Assembly (NCBI GenBank): GCA_963803435.1 | Contig: CAWDML010000004.1 | Coordinates: 263,413 to 327,412 of the forward strand | DNA from: an uncultured delta proteobacterium | GTDB taxonomy: Bacteria > Myxococcota > Kuafuiibacteriia > Kuafuiibacteriales > Kuafuiibacteriaceae | Length of the DNA stretch: 64,000 nucleotides | Direction: 5' to 3' | Shown here: piece after piece, positions 30,783-41,958 of the stretch | Layout of the letters: the number at the start of each line of letters is the position of its first letter | How positions within the stretch are numbered: the stretch's first letter is position 1 | The notes under the pieces: model-generated | Database searches by the model: none | The model's input: only the letters and a program-made list of their open reading frames with translations | What the model was told of the DNA's origin: nothing | Made by a program: the position numbers and the translations under genes

Positions 30783-32744
30783 GCGAGCGTCCGTCCGTCG
30801 ATCGAGCGCACGAGGTCGAGCGAGCGCTCGTAAACGTGCGAGGGGAGGTCCTCCACGAACTGCTGATGGAGAAGCGTCGTCGAGAGCAGCAGGACGAACG
30901 CGTGATCCTCGCGCGGTGAGATGCGCTCCGTCGGAAGCTTCATCATCCGGTCGAGGAAGGCACTGGTGGTCCTTTCGTCGAAGATCCCGCACCGTCGCCA
31001 GGTGCGATCGGCGATCGAGCTGATCCAGCCACTCCACGCCGCGGGCGGCCACGAATGCGGCGGCGTCCGGAGCTCGATAGGGCTGCTTCGGCCGCGAGAG
31101 GATGGGCTTCGGCAGCGCCTCGAAGAAAGCCGCCTTCAGAATGTGCTTCTCATCCGTTCCATCGCGCAGGCGGAGATCGACCGGCAGGGACATCGCGAGC
31201 TCGACGACCTCGTGGTCCAGGAAGGGACAGCGGGCCTCGACCCCGAAGGCCGAGGTCATCCGGTCGCCCTGCGAGGAGAGGAGATAGCCGGCTAGCAGCG
31301 TCGCGTACTCGATGATCTGCGCCCGCTCCATGAGCGAGTGAGCGAGGAGATCCGGATAGCGACGCACGAGCTCATCGGCCAGTACGCGTGGATCGTCGCC
31401 TTCATCGCCCTGGAGGAGGCGAACCGCGAAGCGGGCGTTCGCGAATCGCATCTCGTGCGAGAAGAGACCCGGCGTCTTCTCCTCGGTGTGGGGCTCGAAT
31501 GCGCGCAGGAGCGCCACCGAGTTCGCCTCGGTGAAGTGAGGGAGGTACGGGTAGAGGGTGCGTACGCTCTCCAGCCGGTCGGCCTGGGCGAGCGACTTGA
31601 ACCGCTCTCTGAAGAGGGTCTCCTTGAAGAGGTCATAGCCCAGGAAGGCCTCGTCGGCGCCCTCGCCGGTGAGCACGACCTTGATGCCGGCGTCGCGTAC
31701 CTGCTTCGCCAGCAGATACATCGGGACCGGCGCAGTCCGGAACAGCGCAGTCTCGGCATGCCAAACGACCGCGGGAAAGGTCTCGGCGATGTCGTTCCTC
31801 GAGATCCGAACTGCATGGTGTCGCGTCCCGAATCGCGCGCGGACTAGCTCCTGGTACGCGGTCTCGTCATAGGCGGCGTCGTCGAAGCCGATCGCGAAGG
31901 TCTGTACCTCCTTCTCGTTGTGCTTTTGGGCGAGGAACGTCGTGATGGTCGAATCGAGCCCTCCGCTCGCGTAAGTGCCGACCTCCACGTCGCTCCGAAG
32001 CCTGAGGCGGACGCTCTGGTCGAGCCTCGCTCGAACCTGTTCCACCGCTCCCGGCGCCGAGATCTCCCGCCTGCCGAGCGGGAGCCGGTAGTACGGTCGC
32101 GCCTCGGCTTTGCCGTCGGCGAAGGAGAGGAGGTGGCCGGGCGCGATCTGATCCACGCCGTCGAAGCAGGTCTCATCGAATAGAACGGTCCAGAGTCGAT
32201 AGGCTCGCCGCACGTGGACCGGCGAGAGCGCGCGGCGAACGAACGGAAGCGCGAAGACGGCCTTGATCTCCGAGCCGAAGACCAGCCCGCTGGCGTGTCG
32301 CGCAAAGAACAGCGGTCGCTCCCCGAAACGATCGCGTGCCATGAGCATGCGCTTGGCCTTGCGATCCCAGCTCGCGAAGGCGAACTGACCGTTCACGCGC
32401 TGGAGCGCCTCCTCACCCCAGGTGGCAAGGGCGTGGAGGAGCACCTCGGTATCGGAGCGCGTACGGAAGACGCGCCCGGCGCGTTCGAGCTCCTCTCTCA
32501 GCTCGAGGTAGTTGAAGATCTCACCGTTGAACGCGAGGACCAGTCGCCCGTCGGTCATCGGTTGGGAACCGGAGGCGAGATCGATGATCGAGAGTCGCGC
32601 GGTTCCGAGCCCACAACGCTGGTCGAAGTAGATACCGTGCTCATCGGGACCGCGATGCCGGATCGAGGACAGCATGCGCGTCAGCGCGCGTGGCGCATCG
32701 TCCGCCGAGATCGAGACGTCGACGAATCCCGCGATCCCGCACAT
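30779..32744 (-). CDS. asnB: Asparagine synthase-like glutamine amidotransferase (frameshift near the 3' end)
   Basis: MCGIAG Ntn start, HRGPD, RLSIID, FNGEIFN, SDTEV, SGGLDS, TGEGADEAFLGYD, KQPY. Confidence 0.92.
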
Positions 32745-33643
32745 CACGACACCTTGCTGGAGGGCAGGTATTGCCGCTTGCGGTCGATGAAGAAGCCGAA
32801 CTTGGTGAGCATGTCCCCGAACCCGACCTCGATGAAACGCTCGGCCCCTTCGGTCGCGATGCGCTTCACGCACGCCTCCCAGCGAACCGGCGACGAGAGG
32901 TGCAACGCCAGCGTATGCCTCCACGTCTGCGGATCCTCGGGGAGCCATTCACCGGTGACGTTGTCGGCGACGGGAAAGGCCGGGCCGGTGAGCGCGAGGT
33001 CCGAGATCGCCCGGGCGAATCGGTCGAGCGCCGGTTCCAGCAGCCGACAGTGCCAGGCGCCGGCGACGGGGATCAGGGCGAGCTTCCGGGGCGAGAGCTT
33101 GGCCAGCTCGGCCTGCGCGCGCTCGATCCCCCGCCTGGTTCCGGCAAGCGAGACCTGGCCCAGGCAGTTGTAGTTGCTGACCGCCACGAAGTCGCCGCTT
33201 GCCTCGATCGACCGGCAGACCTCTTCGATCGGCTCGTTGGGGAGCCCGATCACGGCCAGCATCGCGCCCTCGCTGGCAGGGCTCGCGCTCATGAGCTCGG
33301 CGCGTGCGACGACGAATCGGAGGACCGACTCGATTGACAACATGCCGGCGGCGTACATGGCGGTCCACTGACCCACGCTGTAGCCGGCAGCGTGACTGCA
33401 TTCGATCCCGAGCTCTCGGAGGCGGTCGAGCTCCAGCGTGGAGATGAAGACGGTCGCCGCCGACGCGACCTCGTTTCGGTTGAGGTGAGAGGGGCCGCTC
33501 CGCTCGATCTCCTGCAGAGGATCGTGTCCGAGCACGTCGCAGAGCAGCGGATACCGCTCGCGGAACGAGGGCCGGTGGGCGACCGCCGCGAACATGGAGA
33601 CGTCCTGAGGGCCCTGCCCCGGGAAGAGGAACGCGGTGTTCAT
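32744..33643 (-). CDS. FabD-like ACP S-malonyltransferase
   Basis: FLFPGQG, GYSVG (catalytic Ser), conserved Arg in VVARAELM, NYNC..Q, VAGAWH, PVRW, EVG. Confidence 0.88.
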   Translation of the reverse strand: MNTAFLFPGQGPQDVSMFAAVAHRPSFRERYPLLCDVLGHDPLQEIERSGPSHLNRNEVASAATVFISTLELDRLRELGIECSHAAGYSVGQWTAMYAAGMLSIESVLRFVVARAELMSASPASEGAMLAVIGLPNEPIEEVCRSIEASGDFVAVSNYNCLGQVSLAGTRRGIERAQAELAKLSPRKLALIPVAGAWHCRLLEPALDRFARAISDLALTGPAFPVADNVTGEWLPEDPQTWRHTLALHLSSPVRWEACVKRIATEGAERFIEVGFGDMLTKFGFFIDRKRQYLPSSKVS

Positions 33644-34656
33644 GAAAGGACCGAGAGATCGAGGCCGAGCCGAGCCGCGATCGGTTCGAGCCGACCCGAA
33701 TCCGGTCGATCGGCGAGACGCTCCAGCGCCTCCTCGCGATTCATCAGGCCCGTGCGAACCTGCTCGGCTAGCTCAGCCACGTACGGATGAAAGTGGTGCT
33801 GCTTGAGATGCACGTGGATGCCGAGGTCGTTGAGCCGACAGTTGCTGGAGTGCCGTCCGGTGTCCGTGGGTCGCTTCCACCCGAAGCGCGCAAGCGTCTC
33901 GAGGATCGTGGCCTCTCCGACCTGAAGGACGAGCATCGGGTTGGTGATGTAGACCGGCTGATCGGCGGTGGGGAGGCCCGCCACGGAGTCGAGACCGAAG
34001 AACTTCTGCGCGGGCTCTTCGCCGAAGCGATCGACCAGCCTTCCCAGCGTCGCCGCGCGGGAGGGCTTCATCGCTGCCAATCTGAACTCGAAGAGCGCCG
34101 CGTCCTTGGGCACCTGACCGCCAAGATAACCGCCCGCGACGATCGGGATCGCGGTCTGGTACGCGGTCTTGATCATGTGATTGTTGATCAAGTTGATGCA
34201 GGAGTTACAGACGGCGCTGGCGCGCTTGACCGCCGCCAGCGCGTGGACACCGCCGTTGAGGCTCTCGGTGTACATGCGCTGCATGAAAGAGAAAGCCGGC
34301 TTGTGCAGGATGTGATCGACGCCGAGGGCGTCGGTGAGGGTGCGGCAGTTCGCGAGCGCCTGATCGGAGACGAAGCCGTTGTCGATCGTGATCGCGAGAC
34401 ACCGCAGTTCGTAGTGTTCTTTCAGCGCGTAGAGCGTGTAGCTCGAATCCTTGCCGCCGCTGTAGGCGACGAGACAGTCGTAGTCGCCGCGACCTCGAAC
34501 CGTCCGGTAGAGATCTTCGAGCTTCTTCTTGAGGCCTTCGCGCCGTTGCGTGGCCTCCTCGATCGAAGGCTCGGCGCGGCAGATGGAGCAGAGACCGCTC
34601 TCGTCGAAGGTGATGCCCGGGAAGTTGTCAGGGAGTACGCATTGTCGGCAGATCAT
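33640..34656 (-). CDS. PP-loop ATPase, N-acetyl-sugar amidotransferase-like (WbpG/WbuX/PseA-related)
   Basis: CRQC..P...PGITFD..G.C..C N-terminus, YDCLVAYSGGKDS, CNSC, SSNC. Confidence 0.8.
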   Translation of the reverse strand: MICRQCVLPDNFPGITFDESGLCSICRAEPSIEEATQRREGLKKKLEDLYRTVRGRGDYDCLVAYSGGKDSSYTLYALKEHYELRCLAITIDNGFVSDQALANCRTLTDALGVDHILHKPAFSFMQRMYTESLNGGVHALAAVKRASAVCNSCINLINNHMIKTAYQTAIPIVAGGYLGGQVPKDAALFEFRLAAMKPSRAATLGRLVDRFGEEPAQKFFGLDSVAGLPTADQPVYITNPMLVLQVGEATILETLARFGWKRPTDTGRHSSNCRLNDLGIHVHLKQHHFHPYVAELAEQVRTGLMNREEALERLADRPDSGRLEPIAARLGLDLSVLS

Positions 34657-34924
34657 GCGGTTCCTCCAAGCCGGCTTCGAGCTTTTGGTCGACCATCTCG
34701 GCCATTCCCTGGAGGCTGGCGAGCTTCGGAGAGAGGAGCTCCTCATCGGTGAAGCTGACACCGAACACGCGTTCGATGTGGCCGACCATTTCGACGACGC
34801 CGTACGAGTCGATGACGCCCGCGTCGAAGAGGTTCGATTCCGGGGTGAGGTCGCCGTCGAGGCTCACCAGGAAGGTCGACTCCACGTACGCCTTCAAAGC
34901 CGAGAAAACGGGCGAATCTCTCAT
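34628..34924 (-). CDS. Acyl carrier protein
   Basis: About 98 aa, acidic; LFDAGVIDSYGVVEMVGHIERVFGV with the phosphopantetheine Ser. Confidence 0.88.
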   Translation of the reverse strand: MRDSPVFSALKAYVESTFLVSLDGDLTPESNLFDAGVIDSYGVVEMVGHIERVFGVSFTDEELLSPKLASLQGMAEMVDQKLEAGLEEPHDLPTMRTP

Positions 34925-35031
34925 GAGGCTCCAGTGCTGTGAGTGCCGTCCGGCGGGTCGGACATTCACCCCGTCCGGCGGGCTGTAACACCTGGAACCC
35001 CGGGATTGCAAATGGTAGATCCGCTCTGCGC

Positions 35032-35676
35032 ATGCGTGCCGTAGTCCTGGTGGCACACGCCGACGACGAGACGCTCGGTGCGGGCGGGACGATTCCGGCC
35101 CTCGTCTCTCGGGGTTGGGACGTCAGGGTCGTCATCTTGGCCGACGGCATCGTTCGAGCGCGAGGCGGCGAGCAGGACAATCGACCCGCGGCGCGGGAGG
35201 CGTGTGCCGTCCTCGGCGTGGATGCGCCGCTCTTCATGGGCTTTCCGGATCAGCGGTTCGACGCGGTACCAATGGCGGACCTGGCCGGCGCCGTCGGAGC
35301 CCTTGGGCTCGAGCCCGACCTGATCATCACGCACGCGCCGACCGATCTGAACCAGGACCATCGCCTCTGCCTCGAAGTCGCCAAGATCGTGGGGCGGCCC
35401 CGGAAGAAGCCGGTCTCCCTTCTGGCCGCGGAGATCCCGAACACGAGCTTCTGGAACGGGTCACCGTTCCCGGCCAACTTCTACGTGGACGTCTCCCGGA
35501 CCCTCGACCAAAAGATCGAAGCTTTCGCTCGATATCACGGTGAGCTCCAGCCCTACCCGCATCCGTGGTCTCGGGAAGCCCTGCGCCTGCTCGCCCAGTA
35601 CCACGGTGTCCAGTGCGGTCTCGAGCTCGCTGAGGCGTTCATGCTGATCCGCGGATATGAAGGTCACCTCCCTTAA
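35032..35676 (+). CDS. PIG-L/LmbE family N-acyl sugar deacetylase
   Basis: AHADDETLG metal motif, DLNQDH, AEAF. Confidence 0.9.
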   Translation: MRAVVLVAHADDETLGAGGTIPALVSRGWDVRVVILADGIVRARGGEQDNRPAAREACAVLGVDAPLFMGFPDQRFDAVPMADLAGAVGALGLEPDLIITHAPTDLNQDHRLCLEVAKIVGRPRKKPVSLLAAEIPNTSFWNGSPFPANFYVDVSRTLDQKIEAFARYHGELQPYPHPWSREALRLLAQYHGVQCGLELAEAFMLIRGYEGHLP

Positions 35677-35822
35677 CAACGTTGACAGGATCGGAGACCT
35701 CGGCTTCTGTCCATCCGCCGAGGGCCGTGGCGCCACGCCTCGTACCCGCATTCGAGATCGACGGTGAATGCCGTGCCCGCAGGACGGCACGAAATGGCGC
35801 GGCTTGGGAGGGATCGGTTCGG

Positions 35823-37791
35823 ATGGGCAGCGGGCAAGAGGTCAAATTCGGTGCGGCCACGCCGTTCTGGACGCGTCTCCCGGCGCGGCGGCTCCAATTC
35901 ACGCTCGATCTCCTGGTCCTGGTCTCTGCGTTCCTCCTCGCCTACGGGCTCCGCTTCGATCTCCGGGTGCCCGACAGTGTGTGGTCGGACGTGGTGCTCC
36001 AGCTGCCCCTCGTGGCGCTCTTGCAGTTCGCGGCGCTGTCCTGGGCGGGCGTCTACTCCTTCATCTGGCGCTACATCGGTCTGAGAGAGGTCCCCGCCTT
36101 CTTCTGGGCCGCGGTGATCTCGGCCGTGCCGATGTTCGTCATGCGATACGGTCTACCCGGCTCGCTCGGCTCTTGGCGCGTCCCGCTGTCCGTCATCGTC
36201 ATGGACTCGATGTTCGCGTTTGGCGGTGCGCTCGGGATCCGGATCATTCGTCGGATCCTCTTCGAGCGCTACGAGAAGCGTCTCACCGCGCAGCGTCGCA
36301 CTGAGGGGAGCGCTCCGACGCTCCTCATCGGCGCCGGTCGTGCCGGCGTCATCGCAGCCAAGGAGATTCTCGGCCGCGACGACACCGGCATGGACGTCCG
36401 CGGCTTCATCGACGACGATCCGCAGAAGCGCGGCGCGGTCATTCACGGCGTCAAGGTGCTCGGCGTTACGAACGAGGTACCGAAGCTGGTCGCCCAGTAC
36501 GGGATCCAGCAGGTCGTCATCACCATTGCCAAGACCTCCCGCAAGTCGCTCGATCGTATCGTCAAGATCTGCGAGTCCATCCCGGTCAAGACCCGCATCA
36601 TTCCGGGTCTCGCCGCCATTCTCGACGGACGCGTAGAGATCACCGACATCCGCGATGTCCAGATCGAAGACCTCCTCTCCCGCGATCAGGTCGATCTGAA
36701 CGTCGAGCGGCTCGGTGCCTTCATCAGCAAGAAAGTAGTGATGGTAACCGGCGCGGGCGGGTCGATCGGTTCCGAGCTGTGCCGGCAGATCCTCGGTTTC
36801 CGCCCAGGAAGCTCCTTCTGGTCGATCGCTCCGAGCCGGCGCTCTACGCGATCGACATCGAGCTGAGGACCGAAGGCGCCGACATCGAGGTGATCCCGCT
36901 CCTGGCCGACGTCACCGATGAGGCCGCGCATGAGCGGCATCTTCGAGCACCAGCGACCCCAGCTCGTGCTCCACGCCGCGGCTCACAAGCACGTCCCGTT
37001 GATGGAAGAGAATCCGCTCGAGGCGATGAAGAACAACGTGCTCGGCACCAAGCTGGTCGCGGAGCTTGCGGGTCGCTATGAGACGGGCGCGTTCGTCTTC
37101 GTCTCCACCGACAAGGCGGTACGTCCCGACCTCCGTGATGGGAGCGTCAAAGCGAGTGGCCGAGCTCGTCGTTCAGAATCTCGGGCGCCGCTATGGGACA
37201 CGATACGTCGCCGTCCGCTTCGGCAACGTGCTGGGATCGAACGGCTCGGTCATCCCACGCTTCCGCGAGCAGATCCGCCGGGGTGGGCCGGTGACCGTCA
37301 CGCACCCGGACATGGTCCGCTACTTCATGACGATTCCCGAGGCGGCACAGCTGGTCCTGGAGGCGGGGGCGATGGGCGAGGGCGGCGAGGTCTTCGTCCT
37401 GGACATGGGCGAGCCAGTCAACATCTTCGAGCTCGCCCAGCGCATGATCACGCTCTCCGGGCTCCGGCCGGGCGAGGACATCCCGATCGTCTTCACGGGG
37501 GTCCGGCGCGGTGAGAAGCTCTACGAGGAGCTGCTGGCGGACCAGGAGTCGACCACCAATACGAGCCATCCCAAGATCCTCATCGGACGAATCGCACCCA
37601 CCCCGGCCGAAGAGGTCCAGCGGGGGATCGAGGAGATCACACGGCGCATCGCGTGGAACGATCACGACGGTCTCCGCATCTTCCTCTCCGAGTACATTCC
37701 AGAGTCGAACCTCACGCTCCCGGAGCGTGGGAAGAAGGACCTCGAGGCGGCGGGTGCCGAGAGCCTCTTGGTGCCGAGCCCCCTGATCTAG
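35823..37791 (+). CDS. Membrane-bound UDP-GlcNAc 4,6-dehydratase (PglF/WbpM/CapD family), frameshifted
   Basis: 4 TMs, [73 protein letters not shown]. Confidence 0.92.
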
Positions 37792-38483
37792 GTCCTCATT
37801 CCGCGAGCGCAGAGGAACTCGGCGAAGGCAAAGTCGAGCTCGTCGTTGATGTCCACGGAGCGGCTCCTCGGCATCTCGTAGCCGTGGCAGCTGGCGCCGA
37901 TGATGACACCGCGTTCGACGACATCGCGCCGGCTGACGTAGACGGAGCAGTTGCGCACGAAGACGTCCGGAAGCTCATGGGCCGCCATGCGCCCGCGTTC
38001 GTCCTCGTAGTACGGGAGCAGGCAGGAGCCGTCCATCCGCTTGAGCTTCGCAGGGTGAAGGTCGTGTCCGACTCTCACGACGCTCACCGCGGTCTCCGCG
38101 CCGGTCTCCTGAAGCAGGGCGATAGTGCCGTCGATGTCCGAGGGCTCCGTCAAAGGAGAGCTCGGCTGGACGATCGCGACGGCGTCATACCTGGTGTCGT
38201 CGTCCTCCAGCAGAGTGAGCGCGTGGCGAACGTAGTCGATGGCCGGTGACGTGTCGGTGGCGAGCTCTGCTGGACGGTTTACCGCCAGCGCACGGCCGTC
38301 GCTCTCGACGAGATCGAGCACCTCGCGATCGTCGGACGTCACAATGACACGGGCGAGCTGTTTTGCACCGGCCGCTGCTTCCACGGCCCACAACACCAGC
38401 GGCTTTCCTGCGAGCGGGCGGAGGTTCTTCCTCGGGAGTCGCTTGGATCCCCCACGCGCTGGAATGATCCCCAGGACCTGCAC
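37788..38483 (-). CDS. neuA: CMP-nonulosonic acid synthetase (acylneuraminate cytidylyltransferase)
   Basis: [42 protein letters not shown]. Confidence 0.92.
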   Translation of the reverse strand: MQVLGIIPARGGSKRLPRKNLRPLAGKPLVLWAVEAAAGAKQLARVIVTSDDREVLDLVESDGRALAVNRPAELATDTSPAIDYVRHALTLLEDDDTRYDAVAIVQPSSPLTEPSDIDGTIALLQETGAETAVSVVRVGHDLHPAKLKRMDGSCLLPYYEDERGRMAAHELPDVFVRNCSVYVSRRDVVERGVIIGASCHGYEMPRSRSVDINDELDFAFAEFLCARGMRT

Positions 38484-38504
38484 GGGACTCTTATACTCGA
38501 CCTC

Positions 38505-41500
38505 GTGATCGTACGCAGTGTCTTCTTCGCGATCGCCTGGCTCATCACGTCGAGCGCGCGGGCCGAAGAGCTGTTGAGCGAGGCCCGCTTCGTCCCTTTG
38601 ACGCGGACCGAGGAGCTCTCCGCGGTCAGGTTCCGGCGTACGCCTCGCCGCCAGGTCCTGGCCGATCGCGTGGTCTACTGGAACGACGACGACTTCGCGC
38701 AGGTCCTCGTGGTGTTCCTCGGCGACGAGCTGACCGCGCAGAGTCGCGTGCGGGTCGAGCTCTCCCGAGGTGGTCGCCTGGTGCAGGCGGAGACGCTCGA
38801 GCCAGCCGGCGAAGTCTCTCCCAAGATCCGGCTCCTCGTGCGGACGAGCGCGCTCGTCCCCGGGACGTACACCCTGCGAGCGGCGCTCGATACGGGCGGC
38901 CGGCAGGTCATCGCCGAACCGGTCGAGTTTCGGCGTGCGGATCGTTCGAGGCAAAAGATCGCCATCCCTGCGGCAGGCATCGACCTCGCAATCGCTGGTC
39001 GCCTACTCGGTCCGTCGCCGATGACGATCGGCGTGCCGATGCCGTTCGGAACGATCCGGGATGTCGGGCAGCTCCGTCTGCTCGAGGACGACCGGGAGGT
39101 CCCTGCGCAATGGACCGTGCGCGAAACGTGGTGTCCGGGTCCGAGCTCGTCCATTCGCTGGCTGAGCCTCGACTTCCTGGCCCGTCCGGATCATCGCTAT
39201 CGGATCCGCGCCTCGAAGAGTCAGAAGCCCGCCGCGGAGAAGTCTCTCGAGGTGGATGACACGCGCGAGCGAATTCGTGTGCGCACGGGCCCGCTCGTCT
39301 TCGAGGTTTCCAAGACGCGGTTTACCGGAATTGACAGGGCATGGTTGGAGGACACGAAGGTCGTCGAAGCGTCCGCGCGCGATGGACCCTACTTCGTCGG
39401 CGACGACGGCTCCGTCTATTCCGTCTCAGAGTCGGAGGTCGAGGTCGAGGAGAAAGGCCCGCTCCGCACCACGATCGTCGCCCGAGGCAGCTTCGAGCAC
39501 GAAGCCCATCGTGCCGGAGAGTTCGTCACACGCATCACGGCGTACGCCGGGCTCCAGCGCATCGACATTTCTCATCGCTTTGTCTTCACGTTCGATACGC
39601 GCGCGCAGAAGGTGGCCGACGTTGGCTTCAGAGTCCCGATCACCGGCGCATCCCGGTGGTCGGCGGGCATCGACGGCAACATCACTTCGGGCGTGCTGCA
39701 GAAGGAGAGACCCGTCTGGATCCACCAGGAGCGGTGGGATCGGGTCCGCCTGGTCGAGGGAGACGATCCTGAACGCGCCGTCCTCGCGGGTCGTCGATCC
39801 GATGGATGGATCGGGCTCCAGCTGGAGCACGGCATGGTCGGTGGGCTGATGCGCGACGTCTGGCAGAAGTTTCCCAAGGAGCTCGAAGCCAGCAGCGCCG
39901 GGCTGACGTTCCATCTCTGGCCGCGGCACGGCCGGAAGGTGTTCTCTGACGAGGAGTCCCTCTCACGCGCGAACATCTACAAGCTTCGGTACGCGCACGA
40001 GGGGCGTCTCCTCGATCTGGCGATCCCGAGCGCGTACGTCCAGCGCCTTCGGGAATTCGACGCGGAGAAGCGATGGGATCGGGAGGGTTACCGTAGACAA
40101 GGCCGTCGGTTCGACCTCCGAAGGAGTGGCGATGGAAGGCGAGCTCTCGCTCGTCTTCGACGGCCGGTCCGAGGACCTGAACGGGGAGGCGGAGCAGTTT
40201 CAGGAGAAGCCTCACGCGGTGGTCGACCCGCTGTGGACCGAGGCTTCGCTCGCCGTGGGCCCGTGGGCGGCCCGGCGGTTGAACCGCTACCCGGAGATCG
40301 AGCGGATGCTCGACGCCTATCCGAAGATCTCGACCGCCATCGAAGCGATGGCGTCGGAGTACGGCATGTGGATCTACGGGAACGCGCACAACTCGTGGGA
40401 CCCGCGAACCAACGAAGCCGGCCTCCACCGTGTCTGGCAGAACTCGCACTACCAGAACGTCGGCTTGGGCTGGCTGCTCTATCTGCGCTCTGGATCGCGA
40501 GTCATGCTGGAGCGCGCCCGGGCGCAGACCGACAACTTCATGGACGTCGGCACGGTCAACTACGTCAATGCAGACGATCCACCCCTCTTTCATCTCCCGG
40601 GCGCCATGCACCACGTGAAGGCGTTCGTCCCGTGGGGTGCGACGACGCGGGGCATGAAGGTGAGGGATGCCGACGCGGGCGTATTGGGCCACTACGTCGA
40701 TCCGGACGCATTCCTCCTCCGCTATCTGATCGAGGGGGATCTGCGGGCTCGCGATCTCTACCGGATGTGGGCGTCCTCGCTCGGTGAGCGCCGACTCGGA
40801 ACGGCAGCCGGACGCGAGGCCGTCAATACGTTCGCGATGACGCTCAACTACTACGAGGCGACCTGGGATCCGCAAGCGATCCTGTACAACCACGACTTCG
40901 CTGAGGCGGCGTTGAAGCGGCCGCTGGAGGCTTACAAGATCCCGGCCTGGTTCCCGGTCTGGCACCCCTCCTGGATGCAGCGCTACGACGACCTGACGCG
41001 CGATCCACGGATCGTCGAGCGCGTCGAGAGCTACCTCCACGCTGGGTTTGGCCGTCCGGCCGTGGACGCGATGCTCTTCCGTCACACCAAGGACGCGAAG
41101 CTGCTCACGAAGCGGATGAATCAGGTCTACGAGTCCGCGCGCAAGGTCTACTACAACGGGGATGATCCGCTCGACGGCTACGGCCCGTACGCGCACGCCG
41201 TCCAGACCCGCTGGCTGGCCGAGCTGCCGATCTATCTGGCAGGGCTTCGATCTGCCGGGGTCGACGCGATCCGCGATCCGGGCGCGAAGTCGTCCTATCC
41301 CGCTGCATCGGCCCACCTCTCCAAGCCCGAGCGACGCTCCGAGGTTGCGGTTCGCGTCCTAGCCCTCGAGCCGGGCGATCGCGGCTTCACCGTGCGGCTC
41401 GGCGGCGAGCGCCGCGGGAAGGTCCAGGCGTTCGTGATTGCGCCCTCCGGAAAGATCGTCCAGACGCTCGAGACCGAGGGCGAGATCATCTCCAAGGCGG

Positions 41501-41958
41501 TGGCGCGCGACGGGGAGCGCGGAGTCGACCGGATCGAGATCCAGGGCTACCGGCCCGAGATCGGCATGCCGTTGACGGACCTTCCGGCTGAGGTCGCCTC
41601 GCTCCCGAAGGGCCAGCCGCTCTGGACCGGCCGTCGACTCCAGGGCGTCCTCGCGCTTCCTCCTGGATCGAGGGTGACGGTCAGCTTCACGGTCGATCGC
41701 AAGCTCCCGCGGGCGGGGCCCGGGTACGTGAGCCTGAGCGATCGGGCGGGCGGCTCGGTCCTCGACACCACGCTGCTGGCCGGATCAAGACGAGATTCCA
41801 CGTCAGTCACGCTCGAGAGCGGGAAGACGATTGGTGTCTGGCCCATCCACATCATCTCGAACGAGGAGGTGCAGCTGAGCTGGTCGGGGCAGAGCGAAGC
41901 CGTCTACTTCGGCCTCAAGGCGCGGGACGTCGAGACGATCCTTCACGCTCTCAAGTAG
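38505..41958 (+). CDS. Large secreted protein, YetA / exo-rhamnogalacturonan-lyase-like (frameshift at about 40090-40130)
   Basis: Signal peptide; GVPMPFG...EVPAQ....W...SIRW, EEKGPLR, RITAYAG, WQKFPKELE, then a helical barrel-like region with YGMWIYGNAHNSWD. Family recognised by eye. Confidence 0.55.

Noticed and set aside
29967-32948. 993-aa AsnB-GNAT fusion protein
   Set aside because: The AsnB C-terminus continues in another frame to a stop at 30779 overlapping the GNAT ATG. The fusion results from a frameshift near 30960-31010.
30779-34924. Stand-alone PKS/NRPS or lasso-peptide cluster
   Set aside because: No ketosynthase, condensation or adenylation domain, precursor peptide or B-protein; the genes are coupled to sugar-pathway genes.
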